From the NCBI RefSeq assembly GCF_030144855.1, contig NC_082711.1, positions 70,060,001 to 70,124,000 of the forward strand: DNA of 64,000 nucleotides, in the 5' to 3' direction. Position numbers and translations under genes: made by a program. Positions within the stretch are counted from its first letter, which is position 1. Each line of letters begins with the position of its first letter. Below, piece after piece: positions 13,689 through 27,469 of this stretch. The notes below the pieces were generated by a model. That model did not search any database. It was not told the origin of the DNA and saw only the letters and a list, made by a program, of their open reading frames with translations. Source of the stretch: Hypanus sabinus. Its lineage: Eukaryota.

Positions 13689-14610
13689 CAGGTTGAGTAC
13701 TCCTTATCCTGTAATGATTGGGGCTGGACGGGTTTCAGATTTAATATTTTTTCAGATTTTTGAATACATAATAAGATAGCTTGCAATCGCCATGATTTCT
13801 GACCAAATTGGTAAACAGCCTTTGTCTTACACTTGTTTATCACAAACATGTACTTAACAATTAAAATTTATTGTATACCATGAATAGAATTAAAATGTGT
13901 GAGGGTAACAAAAGAAACAGCAGCTTTGGGAGAATACCTGAATCAGTTGTTGAGCAACAGCAAACAACGGCTGTCTTTCAGTCTCCACCTACACTGCCGT
14001 GTATTGATTAAGAGATTACAGTACACAGTATTTGTATTTTACACTTTTTTTAAAAAGGTTTTATGTAAGTTATAAAACAATCAGCATTGTAGACTTGTTC
14101 TGGTGTTAGATTTTCATCAGTGACTCTTTAAAAATTTAAGGCCATTATGTAAGGAATAAAAACAATCATCGTAGACTTGTTCTGGTGCTTGATTTTCATG
14201 ATCAGCAGATGCTTTAAGAATTTAATGCCCATGCCTTTTCTTAAATTTCTGTAACCAGCCTGCTGAATATTCACAATGACCTTAAAATGTTTGTTTGTTG
14301 TGATAGATCTTAGCTTGTTTTATGATCAGCATACATTTAAATGACATATTTTCACTTTGACGCTGATGATATATGATTGAAATTCCTTTTTCGCTTTTTG
14401 CAGTATTTTTCTATTTTTCATTAACTTCTGGTCATGGCATACGCTATAACCATGGCATACCTCTCATAACCATTGTGACGCACAGACAGTTGCTCATTGC
14501 CTGGGAATCTTCCAGCACCTTGTGACATCATGTCAGTGCACAAAAAAAAACATTATTGGACTTCGGAATTTTTGGGATTTTGGAATTTAAGATTGAGGGT
14601 ACTCAACCTG
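13689..14610. mobile_element. Non-autonomous TcMar-Tigger element (Tigger4/MER46-like ends)
   Basis: TIR CAGGTTGAGTAC (13689) / GTACTCAACCTG (14610). The right flank is TA; the left flank is TT (decayed TA). Confidence 0.75.
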
Positions 14611-14981
14611 TAATAGCATTATAAAGTCAGCTGTAATTTAGTTTTTGATATTAACTTTCCAGTATCCAGAAGGATATTCCAATCTTCCAAATCCAATTTT
14701 CAAAATTATAGCACATTAACAGAGAGACAAAGAGTTATGGCACTTAAATTCTGGAACATACCCACAAGGCACCAAGTTAGCTTATCAATGTTTAGTGCGA
14801 ATGCAGAAACTTTGGAGAGCTGAGTGGCCAGAATTTCCAGCCAAGTGCAAGAGGCTTGCAACAATGTGGAAAAAGAACATTTTCAGGAACAATCACCAAG
14901 AGCAAGCAAGGAAGTTCTCATGCAAAATGAACTGCAGTTTTCTCAGGAGAAGATGAAGAATCACGTTTGGAATTACCACAT

Positions 14982-15020
14982 TCTGAAGTTAAACAATCTG
15001 AAGTTAAACAATCTGAAGTT
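14982..15020. repeat. 15-bp tandem repeat (TCTGAAGTTAAACAA), about 2.6 copies
   Basis: Read directly from the sequence. Confidence 0.85.
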
Positions 15021-16279
15021 TGAATACTAAGGTAGAGACCTTCATTGGCTAGGGCATTGAATATTAGTAATTGTTGTCAAACTAGCTGAGATGTCCCAAT
15101 AGCTGGATAGATTACAACTTTTCTTAAACTTTAGTTAATAATTAACGAACCCTCATTGTAGGATTCTCAGAGACGTTATGGATTCTGTAGAGTTCCACTC
15201 ACTCTTAGTCTATCAAACAAAACTTCAGCTGAATTTAGAAATAGAAAACCTACAGCACAATACAGGCCCTTTGGCCACAATGCTGTGCCGAACATGTATT
15301 TACGTTAGAAATTACTTCGGGTTACCCATAGCCCCCTTTCCAGATTTTTTTCCAAAGTCTGTTCCAGTATTATAAGGAGGACCAAATACTTGGTAGGGAA
15401 TGTTTGTCAACCTGTATTACGATTAGACCAATTAGGAACAGATGATACATTAAATAGCTTGTTTACTGCGCATTGCTACCAGAAGTTAATTCAGAATTGC
15501 TCAATGCATATCACTTGTTTAATTCAATTTTAGCATGTGTCTAAGCCCCAAACAATTAAAAGGTTTGCCATTACAAACTATACTGTTCAAATTTGTTATT
15601 TATAACATGCATTTTTATAGTGAATTCAACTGGAAGCTGGGTAAAACTAATAAAGGGACAGCTCTGATTGCATGAAATGTTCTAAATTTAAATTCATAAT
15701 GACAATTTATTCTTTTTTTCAGGTGAAAATGAATCAATGGCAAGCTTAAGATTATATAGTTGAACACAAAACTATGATTTTTTTATGAATATAAATGTTG
15801 ATCACTTGGTGCTAAATGCTAGCTTTTAATTATCTTGTTCACATTACTGGAAAAGATCTTTACTAGATAGTTTCACTGTGAACTGGTTAGACTTTCCAGT
15901 GTTATTCACATTTGTTTGTGTGCTATTATACTGTGGTTGCGTTCCCAGAAAAGCAATACCGCAGCCTGTAATAATAATACTGGGAACGAAAATTCAAACA
16001 ACACTGCAATTGAGAATTTCAAATTGTTTTAAAAAGCAAATCTATTTGGAAGTAAAGAGCCAATATCTTTATAAGTGTTCCTTATTAGAGAAAGCCTGAA
16101 TTAGCCCAGGAGGCAATGTGGTTTTGCCCGTAAACAAGATATCAATGAGTGACATTTCTAGGTTTGGAATGGTGGTGCCAATGAAGACAATGAGGCCACA
16201 TATCTGAAGGGGTTGGATCTCTTGGCTTATAACTAGTTCAGAGTGCAGTGTTATTAAAATCTTTGACAAACTTCCATGT

Positions 16280-16872
16280 ATGTGCAATGGAGAGTATATA
16301 CACCGGTTGCATCACAACCTGGTATGGAAACATCAATGCCCTTGAATAAAAAAATCCTACCAAAGGAAAAGGTAGTAGATACTGCCTAACCCTTGACAGG
16401 TAAAGCCCCCCTCCCCCATTGAGCACATCTACATGGAGCACTGTTGCAGGAAAGCAGCCTCTATGAACAGGGAACCCCAGCACCAGGACAGGTTCTCTTC
16501 TCACTACTGCCATCAGGAAGGTGGTCCAAGGAGTCCTAGGACTCACACTCACCGGGTTCAGGGCCAGTTATTGCCCCTCAACCATCAGGCCCTTGAACCA
16601 AAGGGGATAACTTCACTTGAGCTGAACTGTTCCCACAGCCTATGGACTCACTTCCAAGGACTCTTCATCTCATGTTCATGATATATGTTATTATTACTTC
16701 TCTTCTGCATTTGCAGAGTTTGTCGTCTTTTGGACCAGTGGTTATTTGTCCGTGTTGGGAGTGTTCTTTCATTGATTCTATTCTTCTTCTTGGATTTTCT
16801 AAATATGACTACAAAAAACGAATCTCAGAGTCATATATGACATCTGTAACTTCAATAATAAATCTACTTTGA
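16280..16872 (+). mobile_element. Rex1/Babar-like LINE 3' portion
   Basis: GAGAGTATATACACCGGTTGCATCACAACCTGGTATGGAAAC is a decayed ESILTGCITAWYGN motif. The tail is AATAAATCTACTTTGA. Confidence 0.7.
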
Positions 16873-16954
16873 TTCCAAACTTAACTCAGAACCATGTGAC
16901 CTGATGTTCAGTGCTCTAAAGCAGCAGTGTACAGTGAATTCTAATGCCCTTCTC

Positions 16955-17100
16955 TTGGACAATATTGGTGGCGTGAAGAGGGGAGACTTGCAGCTTGGGC
17001 AACTGCCCTTCTTCCATAAAAAAAACCTTGTCCAGGCTTGAGCCCTGGAAACTTTCCAAGGTGCAAATCCATGGTCTATCGAGACTAATGGAGGCCTACA
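16955..17100 (+). mobile_element. Short interspersed repeat, possibly RTE-related
   Basis: GC-richer cassette resembling RTE-associated repeats from memory only; no coding motif. Confidence 0.3.
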
Positions 17101-18604
17101 CACACAGTGAATTGTGCTATTTAATACATGTCTGACACAAATCTCATCAGCACATGTGCAACAGGTATGTCTGCAGGTATGTTCATAAAGGCAGAATTTG
17201 ACTTAATATCATGACAATTGTAAACCACTTTGGAAGTAACTAGATTTTTATATGCGCAAACAAAAAAGTACAGAAACAAATGACATGGCAATTTCCTCTT
17301 GACGTCAGCACCAAGGACATCTCTACATGTGAATAAATCAGTATCTGGTAAGGTAGCTGGCCAAGAGTTCCAACAAGCACCTCAAGTGCCACTGTGTTCA
17401 GTTCACTGCATATTTCAATAGTCTTCCTGTAACTTCTAGACTTTGGAATAAGCAATGATTGAGGCTATAAATCATTATTTGGAAAGGTAAAGTGTAGCAA
17501 TAAACAATGTAACAGATTACAGAATATATCATTTTACTTGTGCAGAAAATAACTAAAGTGATTCATAAGAACTTTTTGAGATTGCCATGCTTGTCAATGT
17601 CAACATTACAGTCTGTTTGTCTATATACCCATTAAAAAGAGCACGTCTCTTGATACCAAATGAACTGAACGATGTTGTAAGATATTCTACTGAGAGGTCA
17701 ATACTTAGTTTTTGGATATCTGAGTTCCAGGCTTTTATCATCTCTATAATTGCACAGGAGGTCAGTGGACCAGATTGTTTTCAAGGGCTGGACCTCATAT
17801 TTTCATATTTGCCTCCACGCGACTCTCATGCTACTTGGGTACTTTGCTACTTGAAGTGAGTTAAATGCCTGGGTACTGTGGTCATTCAGTAAAGTAGTGC
17901 AGCTACAGGTGGCATGATTTCTGTACTTTGAAAGCATAATTTCTGTTACTTGCTATTACTATTTAAAAATAAACACATCTGCCATGATTTTGGAATACAG
18001 TAAGATACCACGGCAAGAAAGTCAATTAAATATTTATGCAAATGTATAAGAAACTAACAAAAAACAATCTACCGTATTTTTAAATAGTCTTTACTGCATT
18101 GCTATTACATAATATAAAACATTGCTACAAATTATTCCAAAACGTCAAACGAAAGGACTAAGATGAAATGTCCCCAAGTCTTACTGTCTTGCAATTTACC
18201 ACAGAATTTGTTGACCAATTGATATAGACAGTTTAATGATCATTCTTGTCCTTCATCCTTAAGATCTTGCACTGTAATTTGCTGCAAATAGGAACTGATA
18301 ATGGCAGAACAAATGGGGGATCTGCAGGATGTTAAGTGTAAAACATTTTTTTGGGAATTAGAGGATTATACACCTCTAATTCAAGATGGTACACGAGGAT
18401 TAAATAAAGTTTACAAAAGTCTTAGTTAGCAATTTTCACACAGTACACATAGTCCCTGATGAAAACAAGCTACAGAACACTAATATTGCCACTTTGATTG
18501 AATTTTTAACTAAACCTGCCGCAAAACTTCAATATAGCAATTCTAGGCTTGAGCCCAATCAACCTTACAGGTTAAATCTTGCTTTATTTGTTTTTCTTAT
18601 AACC

Positions 18605-18925
18605 AAATAACCATATAACAATTACAGCAAGGAAACAGGCCATCTCGGCCCTTCTAGTCCATGCTAAATGCTTACTTTCACCTAGTCCCACTGACCCGCA
18701 CTCAGCCCATATCCCTCCATTCCTTTCCTGTCCATATACTGATCCAATTTTACTTTAAATGACAATACCGAACCTTCCTCTACCACTTCTACTGGAAGCT
18801 CATTCCACACAGCTACCACTCTCTGAGTAAAGAAATTCCCCCTCATGTTACCCTTAAACTTTTGCCCCCCAAGTCTCAACTCATGTCTTCTTGTTTGAAT
18901 CTCCTCTACTCTCAACGGAAAAATC
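18605..18925 (-). mobile_element. CR1 3' end
   Basis: Minus ORF TRRHELRLGGQKFKGNMRGNFFTQRVVAVWNELP...MEGYG is the CR1 ORF2 C-terminus. Confidence 0.9.
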
Positions 18926-19249
18926 TTCTGAAAGATGTCAATTATATGAACCGATAAACAGCTTTGTGCAAAAGATACAAGAAAACAAATCCCTTATCAG
19001 AAGTTATTTCAGTCATTCCCAAGAGTAGAATGCTCTGTTCACTTAAAATTTATGGATACACTGATACCATTTTTCCAATACCATTGGTTCTCAACATATT
19101 TATTAGCCTTGCACGTGGCACCCTGTCAAAGACCTTGTGAAAATTGAAGTAAATAGCACCCATTGATCTCTCCTTTGCCTAACATGTTTGTTACCTGCTC
19201 AAAGAATTCTTACAGTTTTGCCATGGAGGTAACATTCTTCCTAATTTTG

Positions 19250-20785
19250 CATCTCCTTTCATGTGGAAAACATGAGCGGTGGGCCAGGTATCGAAGGGAA
19301 GAGAACTGAGTGCAGTTACTATCACAGGGCAAAGGTGCTCAAAAACCAGAAAGACCTACAGTTATACAAGTCACCCAGACCAGATAACTGCACCCAAGGG
19401 TTCTGAACGAGGTAGCAGTAGAGATTGTAGAGGCATTAGTAATGATCTGTTAAGCATCAATGGACTCTGGCATGATTCCGGAGGACTGGAAAATTGCAAA
19501 TGTCACTTCATTCTGTAAGAAAGGAAATTATAGACCAGTTAGCCTGGCCTCAGTGGTCGGGTAGATGTTGGAGTCAATTGTAAAGGATGAGGTTATGGAG
19601 TACTTGCTGACACATGACAAGTTAGCATGGTTTCCTTAAGGGAAAATCTTGCCTGATGAACCTGTTGGAATTCTTTGAGGAGATTTCACATAGATTAGAC
19701 AAAGGGGATGCAGTGGATGTTGTATATTTAGATTTTCAGAAGGCCTTTGACAAGGTGCCACACATGAGGCTGCTTACCAAGTTAGAGCCCATGGTATTAC
19801 AGGAAAGTTACTTGCATTGTTAGAACATTGGCTGATTGGTAGGAGACGGCGAGTGAGAATAAAAGGAGCCTTTCCTGGTTGGCTGCCAGTGACTAGTGAT
19901 GATCCGCAGGGGTCGGTGTTGGGACCGCTTCTTTTTATGCTGTATATCAATGATTTAGATGATGGAATAGATGGCTTTGTTGCCAAGCTTGCAGACGATA
20001 TGAAGATTAGTGGAGGGGCAGGTAGTGTTGAGGAAACATGTAGGCTGCAGAAGGACTTAGATTAGAGAATGGGAAAGAAAGTGGCAAGTGAAATACAATA
20101 TTGGAAAATGCATGGTCATGCACTTTGACAGAAGATATAAATGCGCAGACTATTTTCAAAATGGGGAGAAAATCCAAAAATCTGAGATGCAAAGGGACTT
20201 ATGCAGAACACCCTAAAGGTCAACTTGCAGGTTGAGCTGGTGGTGAGGATGGTAAATGGTGTTAGCATTCATTTCAAGAGGTCTCGAATACAAGAGTAGG
20301 GATACAAGGCACTTGTGAAGCCTCACCTTGAATATTGTGAAAGTCTTTGGCTCGTCATTTACAAAAAGATGTACTGGGAATGAAAGGGTTACGATGTGCA
20401 GAACGTTTGATGTTTCTGGGTCTGTATTTGCTGGAATTAAGTTGGGGGGGGGGGAATCTCATTGAAACCTTTTGAATGTTGAAAAGCCCAGACAGAGTAG
20501 ATGTGGAAGGGATGTTTTCCATGGTGGGAGAGTCTAGGACAAGAGGGCAATTTATTTAGTCAGAGGGTGGTGAATTTGTAGGATTTATTACCACATACAG
20601 CTGTGGAAGCCACATTTTTGTGTATATTTAAAGCAGAGATTGATAGGTTCTTGATTGGCTATGGCATCAAATGTTACAGGGAGGAGGCCACAGAGTGGGG
20701 CTGTGGAGGGAAAAAAAAAGGACCAGCCATGATTGAATGGCAGAGCAGATTTGATGGGTCGAATGGCCTAATTCTGCTCCAATTT
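19250..20785 (+). mobile_element. Degenerate CR1 ORF2 (RT) and 3' end
   Basis: Motifs NYRPVSL, NLLEFFEE, VDVVYLDFQKAFDKVPH, PQGSVLGPLLFMLYINDLD, KLADDMK, with frameshifts and deletions. Confidence 0.9.
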
Positions 20786-21059
20786 TTTTTACTACACAGG
20801 TGTACAGACAAATCAGTGCTCTGAGCAGGAATTTTTATGTTTATATAAAAACAAGGTCTGAAATCTACACAGCACTTTAAACGTTCTTTGTAAAATGCAT
20901 ACTATCAATATTCAAAATAAAATGTGAAAAGTCACATACTTTTGATTTTATTAATTGAAGTGTATTATGAAGCACTACAATAAAGAAAAGCTTTCACATT
21001 TGATATACTTTTTCTTGTCTTTCTTTATTACAAATCCATTCTCTATAAACACTGCCCAG

Positions 21060-21880
21060 ATTAATTTTGCATGCAGGTGAAAGACATGTCTTAATCCTCA
21101 CTAGATCATCCAAATGTTCCACTTCTAGTCTGTTCCTGGATTTATGTTTGATTGAATTCGTAGGAATGAATCCATAGTTACAGTCAGTATTAGAAGCTTG
21201 AAATGTTACAATGGTGTCAACAAGAATCGAGAGTTCTTCATTTTTTTAATTTCCAAACATATAATTCAACATTATCAGTGAATGCCTTAATTGAACTAGT
21301 TGTAACTTTCTCAGAAGAGAGAAATTTGAAATTGCACTACTGCTGTGATACTTATGAGTCAACACTTTGGTCTTAGTTTGTAATTGTACCCCAGTATTTT
21401 TTTGTCAGTTGTACAACATTTTTTTCCTCAAATTCAAAATAGGTTGTGTTTGTAAAAGCCACTTTGTCAAAAGCCTCTTAGCTCATCATCAGGAAATCTA
21501 TCATCCACACGTTGAATGAATCGAATAATAGGTGCCACATTGACACCAGTACTTATAGATGCAAGCACTTTTACTTTGTCATTTGGCAAAGTATTGGTAT
21601 TGCCAAATAAATGGTATTGCCAAGACATGGTGACTGTACCTGGTCATTTTTTTGTTTTTGCATACAGTGCTTCAACTGCATTCAAACAGCTTTTCTGAAT
21701 TATTTTACAAAGAGATGCCACATCTTCTAAAGCATTGTTAAGCACAATAAATGCTACTCGATATTGTGGATTGGTCAAAATCTTCAGGCAGTATTTGTTG
21801 ATGGACTGTAACATTGATTAACTTGCTCTTTGCAAACTGGATCAAAACTTCATAATTCCTCATTAAAGCAGCAACTACAA
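21060..21880 (-). pseudogene. Decayed hAT transposase C-terminal half with dimerisation domain (ZNF862-like)
   Basis: Hand translation of minus 21239-21062 gives EELSILVDTIVTFQASNTDCNYGFIPTNSIKHKSRNRLEVEHLDDLVRIK, matching the hATC pattern S.A.CERGFS.M..IK...RNRL....L..LM.I. Upstream, IIRFIQRVDDRFPD. Confidence 0.7.
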
Positions 21881-22429
21881 AATGTCTTACAGCCATCTTA
21901 CTTTACCATTACCATTATATAAAAGAAACTAACAGCTGTGCTATGAGCACAGCAGCATTTCAGTCACTGTGTGGCCGTACACTCTCGCAGGAAAGGACTC
22001 ACCTTAAAACTGCACTGACTTTGCCCTAATTTTATCATGTGCTTCCAAGTCCTCTGAAATCCTGAGCTCTATATGTTCTTGCCTTTTGCCTCCCTGCCTT
22101 CTGTATTTTGTGTTTTGATTTTATTTTTCCAAGCCTTGAATTAGCAGTCCTATTAAATGACTTTTTAATGTTTTACCCAGTTGAAGGCATCTTAAAAAAG
22201 AAGTTTCTGCTGCTGCACAATTCCAATGATCAAAGTCATTTCCAGTTAAGTTTCTATTGCTTACAGTAGGATTAACAGGGCTTTGAAAGGTAAACAACAA
22301 TTGAAAGCCTCCCAAACTTCCATCCAAATATAACTTGTAATTAAGCAAATATAATTTTAACGAATATAATCTTCCTCACCATGTTTATCTTAATGATTTG
22401 TCATAAACCTCCATATGTTTTATTAATGT

Positions 22430-22600
22430 CCTTCAGGAGAGGTCAACAGCCATCCTTTACGCGGTTTCTCCTTTGTGACTCTGAAACCACTGAGATATAA
22501 TCGATTGTCAACATCCTTCTGAAATGGCTAGCATGGCACTAGGTTCAGTGTCAATTTTGCGTATCAATAAATGGAGGCTTAATTGTCAGCATGAACTAAA
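22430..22600 (+). mobile_element. Old SINE 3' remnant (DeuSINE/SacSINE-like)
   Basis: Degenerate ...TGTGACTCTGAAACCAC...CTTCTGAAATGGCTAGC...CAATAAATG resembles shark SINE tails from memory. Confidence 0.3.
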
Positions 22601-23589
22601 TTAAAATTCTATGCCACTGAACTGTATAACATACTTGGATAATAAACTTCCTGTGAACTATGAACTTTAATATATATAGACCTTTTGGAATTTTGAAGAA
22701 TCTTCCTTTTATTTTTAGGGAAAGGAACTAGATACCAAAAATCAGAATTTTATACGTTAGTGATAAGTACTGACTTAAGGTAAATTTATTATGATCCATT
22801 CCTAATACGCTGGCTGCAAGCCTGACTACTTTCACTGGCCAAGTACTCCAAGAGCTTGCCAGCTCTGGATGACAACTACATACATCTCGTCAAGGTGGAA
22901 AGGAAGTAACTCGTTCAGTTCTTCCCCTGTGGAATACTAGTTTGTGGCAGTAATTCAAGCAGCACTGTTCAAGTGAGCTCATCCAAAGGCAGATAATGGA
23001 AACAACATGACAATGTTGCAGTAACTTGAAGAAAATGTATTGCACATGCAGACAAGTAGACATTCAACTGGTTCACTTCTTCAATGCACACCATCCCCAA
23101 GGATCAGCAAGCAATGTATGTTTTTTGAGTTTTCTCATAAGTAATATGCTATGATATTTGCAACAAACTATGTCAAGCGTACTTTTCAGGCAATTCAGAA
23201 TCTCCACCCCTCCCTTCCCTGAAGTATTATAGAAACTATTAAAAAACAAGTTGAACAAAGGAGCAGTTTGTACTTTAGTCTCCCAAGGAATCGGTACAGT
23301 ACATCTAGCATATTTACATCCACTACTTGAGCACATTATCATTTACTTTCAATTTGTATCACCCCATTACTCTGCAGTATCTATTTAAATTTTCAGTCTA
23401 AAAATAAACTACAATCATTTACATTTCTTTGTTAAACAGTTTTCATCTGAAATGTAAGTTATGGAAAATGAATACTACTCTAGTGGTATTTATGGAGTTT
23501 ATATAAAACCGTTGCATCTTGAATTTTCATTGAATGCAAGTAGTATTCAAAAACTCTGACAGTAGCAGCATAGACAAAGATTATGGCTG

Positions 23590-23760
23590 CTAATATAAAG
23601 TTCAAAGTAAATTCTTTTTCTTGCAGGCATACTCAGTGAATCCAATAGCCATAATAGAATCAATGAAAGATTGCAGCCAACAGGGCCAGACAACCAGTGC
23701 ATAAATACTAAAGAGAGAAAGAAGCAATAAATATCAAGAAAATGAAATAATATATAGTAA
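23590..23760 (-). mobile_element. Rex1-like 3' UTR fragment
   Basis: Reverse complement resembles the 16680-16870 and 27650-27850 tails. Confidence 0.5.
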
Positions 23761-23952
23761 TAAGAGTGGGTACATATGTGGTCCACTGTCACCAAACTTG
23801 ATGGCTTAGATATTATACTGGATGAGGATGCTTTTATTTTCTTATACCCTCCTCTTCTCCTCCGGTGGTACCTCCGTTACTCTACCATCTCCCTTTCATC
23901 ATCTTACTTGATCAGGTGTCAACTGTACCTTTTCCTTGGGTGGATAAAAATA

Positions 23953-23990
23953 CCCTCTCAACCTCAATTTCCCTCTCAACCTCAATTTCC
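23953..23990. repeat. 18-bp tandem duplication (CCCTCTCAACCTCAATTT) x2
   Basis: Read directly from the sequence. Confidence 0.75.
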
Positions 23991-24420
23991 TGCCTCCTTC
24001 TTGTAACCTTTGATGCCTTTACTAGTCAAGAGCCTGTCAACCTCTGCTTTACATATACTTAAAGACTTGGCCTCCACAGCTGTCTGTGGTAATGAGTTCA
24101 GAGTCACTCTCCACTGGCTAAAGACATTTCTTCTCATCCCTCTTCTAAAAGGGATCCTTGTGTTCTGAGGCTCTGCCCTTTAGTCCTAGACTCCACCTTT
24201 ACAGATGACATGCTCTCCACGTCCACTGTACCTAGCACATTCAATAGATTTCACTGAGATTCCCTCTCCCCTCATTCTTCTAAACTCCAGCAAGTACATG
24301 CCCAATGCCATCAAACGCTCCTTGTACATCAAGGCTCTCTGTCCCCGAATCATTCTCGTGAACCTTCTCTGGACCCTCTCTAATGCCAGCACACCCCTTC
24401 TCAGATCCGGAGCTCACAAC
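23990..24420 (-). mobile_element. CR1 ORF2 3' fragment
   Basis: Minus ORF LALERVQRRFTRMI...YKERLMALG..LEFRRMRG. Confidence 0.85.
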
Positions 24421-25539
24421 TCCAAGTGTGAATGCTAACTAGGCTGAGAGGTGAGGGGTGGCATCAGTACTTGTTGACACTTTCCAAAGTTCTGCACCAA
24501 CCCACTACGGCATGGAAATCCAAAGGTCAGATAGCAGACCTTGGCAACATCCCATCCATCGCTTCTCTGCCAGATTCAGCACTGACTGGGGAGGTGCGCA
24601 CGTTGCTTCAAACCAACCAAAGGTCATCTACATTCATTTGAATGAAGCCACTGACAATCACTGAGAAAATCATTAGGATACTGCAATGACCTGAAGAACC
24701 ATTTTTAATAATTGACCAGAACAACATTGCATGTGGCTGACAGAAGGAACAGTACTTTCATGATGTGGTTACAACATGACCACGGAAGCAAAGAACATCA
24801 GATAATTTATAACTTCCAGATTTTCATCAAGATTTATTTCCTTCATAAATGTTCACTTCATCACACATGTGGACCACAGAAGTAGAGCAAAGTAGCAAAG
24901 TTTGATCAATGTGAAGTGGAGGGGTAACAATGTGGGTGGGGCGGGGGCGTTATCTGTACAAGACAGATGTTTGAAAAGCAATATGTTTCACTGAGTGCCA
25001 AGTTCTCTAGATATCACTGCTTGTTGAGTCAAAGTTAAAATCTGGTATTCCTGAAAAATTAATCCAGAGATTTTATCCAGCATAAAATTAAGTTTTAAAA
25101 CTGAATTATGATTAGACTGTTACAAAAATACTAATGCCAGGTGGCAAGAACTACTAAGGTATATTAGAATAACCTGAAATTGAGCAACAGATGCTGAATA
25201 TTGATGAGGTAATCAGAGGCTTAGGCAGTTAGACGAGCTTAGAAATAGCATTTCAGCAACTCAGACCTTGTGGCACAAGATCCAATGGCCAAACATTCTG
25301 GTTGCTGAGTGCAAGGTGATGTCAACAACAGAATGCTGTCAGTTACTCTTAAAGGTCCCCGACTATCTACTGAGGGATATCCAGGAATTTGATGCAGCCA
25401 TCATAAACTTTCCCTGGGAAGGGCTAATTTAAAATACATTGAGCATTAAGGGGCTGGAATCTACAGACACCTTGCTGTACACTCAAGGACTGCACAATGC
25501 CAGGATCTGAGGAACTGACTTGTAGGAAAAAGTTAAGTA

Positions 25540-25790
25540 AGTTAGTACTTTAGTCCCTAGAGTGGAGATTTGACAGGGGAGGTCACGAGGGGTATAAGAT
25601 AGTGCAAATGTAAGCAGGCTTTTTCCACTGAGGTTGGGTGAGATGAGAAGTAGAGGTCATAGGTTAAGGTGAAATATTAAAGGAGAATCTGAGGGGAACT
25701 TTTTCCACCCAGAGTGTGGTGTAAGTGTGGAATGAGCTGGCAAATGAACCGGTGAATACAGGTTCAATTACATTATTTAAGAGAATTAGA
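25540..25790 (+). mobile_element. CR1 3' fragment
   Basis: AGTAGAGGTCATAGGTTAAGG...CTGAGGGGAACTTTTCCACCCAGAGTGTGG...TGGAATGAGCTG. Confidence 0.65.
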
Positions 25791-25869
25791 AGCCCGAGAT
25801 GAACCATAAGATCCACAATCTGCCAGGTCTGAGGCATTCAAGTCCGGCAATCAAGAAAATTACAAGAGG

Positions 25870-26170
25870 TCCAGGTACAATCTCTGGAACGACACCTCAC
25901 TGATGAAGTGGCAATTCTGGACTAAACTTGTATCAACAAAGGATGCTTGACAGTTGTGACAGGGCTTGAATGCTATTACTTTTTATAAAGTAAAATCAAG
26001 TGATAAAGGCAATAACAGGGCTTTGCTTCCAGATGAGGTCAATGCCTTCTGTGCTTGCTATGACTGTTAAAACATGGAGGAACCATCATGAACTCCCAGA
26101 GCCCCCAAAGACCCTGTGATTTCAGTCTCTGAGGCCGATGTATGAGCAGCCTTCAGGAGGGTGAACTATT
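25870..26170 (+). mobile_element. Rex1/Babar-like ORF fragment, upstream of RT
   Basis: LPDEVNAFCA-like and VISVSEADV..AFRRVN-like translations. Confidence 0.5.
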
Positions 26171-27469
26171 TAGATGCTTAGGATTCCCATGAGTTGAAGA
26201 GTATGTTACCTTGTTAAGGAATGGGCTTCATGGGTTTTGTCTGTCTTGGCCTGAAAATCTCTTAGCTTGACAGAGCTCAGAGCAGGGAACCCATTCCAGC
26301 ATATATACAATGCATCCTGTCTACAGAAATGGCTGTCTCAATGAGAGCCTCAATTCTGGAAACATTGGTTAAGGAGAGGAAGCTGACTATGTTGCACCAG
26401 TCCTAGTAATAGATTTGGAAGGTTTCCGTGGAGATAGTGTTACTTTTCTAATGTTATTATCTTTTTACTGTAGGTAATTCATTCTCTGAAATATACAGGT
26501 GAAGAGTGTGACAAAAGGCTGTCAAATCTACACTTTATAATTTGGCAGTTCTTTGTTCTAAAGCAGAAGTGGAAAAGTTTAAAGATTTTTTTAACTGATT
26601 AACTCCACTCCGATGGGAAGTTTGTAGGACGTGATCTGTGGTGCTGTGATGATCGGGAGAGGCGGAGAGGGGCACCGAATATGACAACAGTAATATTACA
26701 CTAACCATTTTCGCAAACATGCTCATTGAAATACTATGCTCAATCTCTTAAAAATAAACATTTTTCAGATGGTACCTGCAAATTACATTTGCTGCTGCAT
26801 AGTTGGAGGTAGACAACAGTCACATCACTCAATCTTATTGAATGGCAGAGCACCTTGTGACCAGGTGGTTTATTATTGCTCTAATTTTATGTTCATGTTA
26901 TTAGTACGATTTTTAATTTTCTCAGTGAGGGCCTTATGTTTATATTTGCCATTTGCCCAGCATCTGCGTTTTCAAATAGTCAATAAAGCCATTTTCAAAC
27001 AATGAAGTCAAAATGTATGTCTATAACTTCATTTGAGAGGAGTTAACAGTGAAGAAATTTCAAAAATAGAAGAAGGATGGAAGACAATAGAGATTTGTTT
27101 TTATTATTAAAAAGTTAGTTGTAATTACATGCCATGTTAATAGCACTACAGCTGATACTGAAGTATGTTTTATTGGTACTTTTTTCCTGTGTGGGTTAAG
27201 AATGCAAACCACAAGTAACATTTCCATAGACTTGATATTAACTAAAGCAATCATGCAATTCCCTCAGGCCCAACTAAATAATCTGGGGTTGGGAAGAAAC
27301 ATTTAGCTCACCCAACAAGAGTTGTCAGTTATCTCTCTCAGGGCTGTCGGGATGGGTTACCAGATGCTGTTGCACACAGTGTACAATACATGGTAGAAAA
27401 GGCCCACAGTGCAACAGCAAAGCATGCCACATAAACACAAAATAAGGATTCTAAAATAATGGCTTTGAA

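Noticed and set aside
18184-18281. Minus-strand exon candidate (TTTGCAG...GTAAG)
   Set aside because: All three frames contain stops, so it is unsupported as a coding exon.
26640-26700. GTGATGA box C-like motif in a GC-rich patch
   Set aside because: No suitably placed box D or terminal stem.
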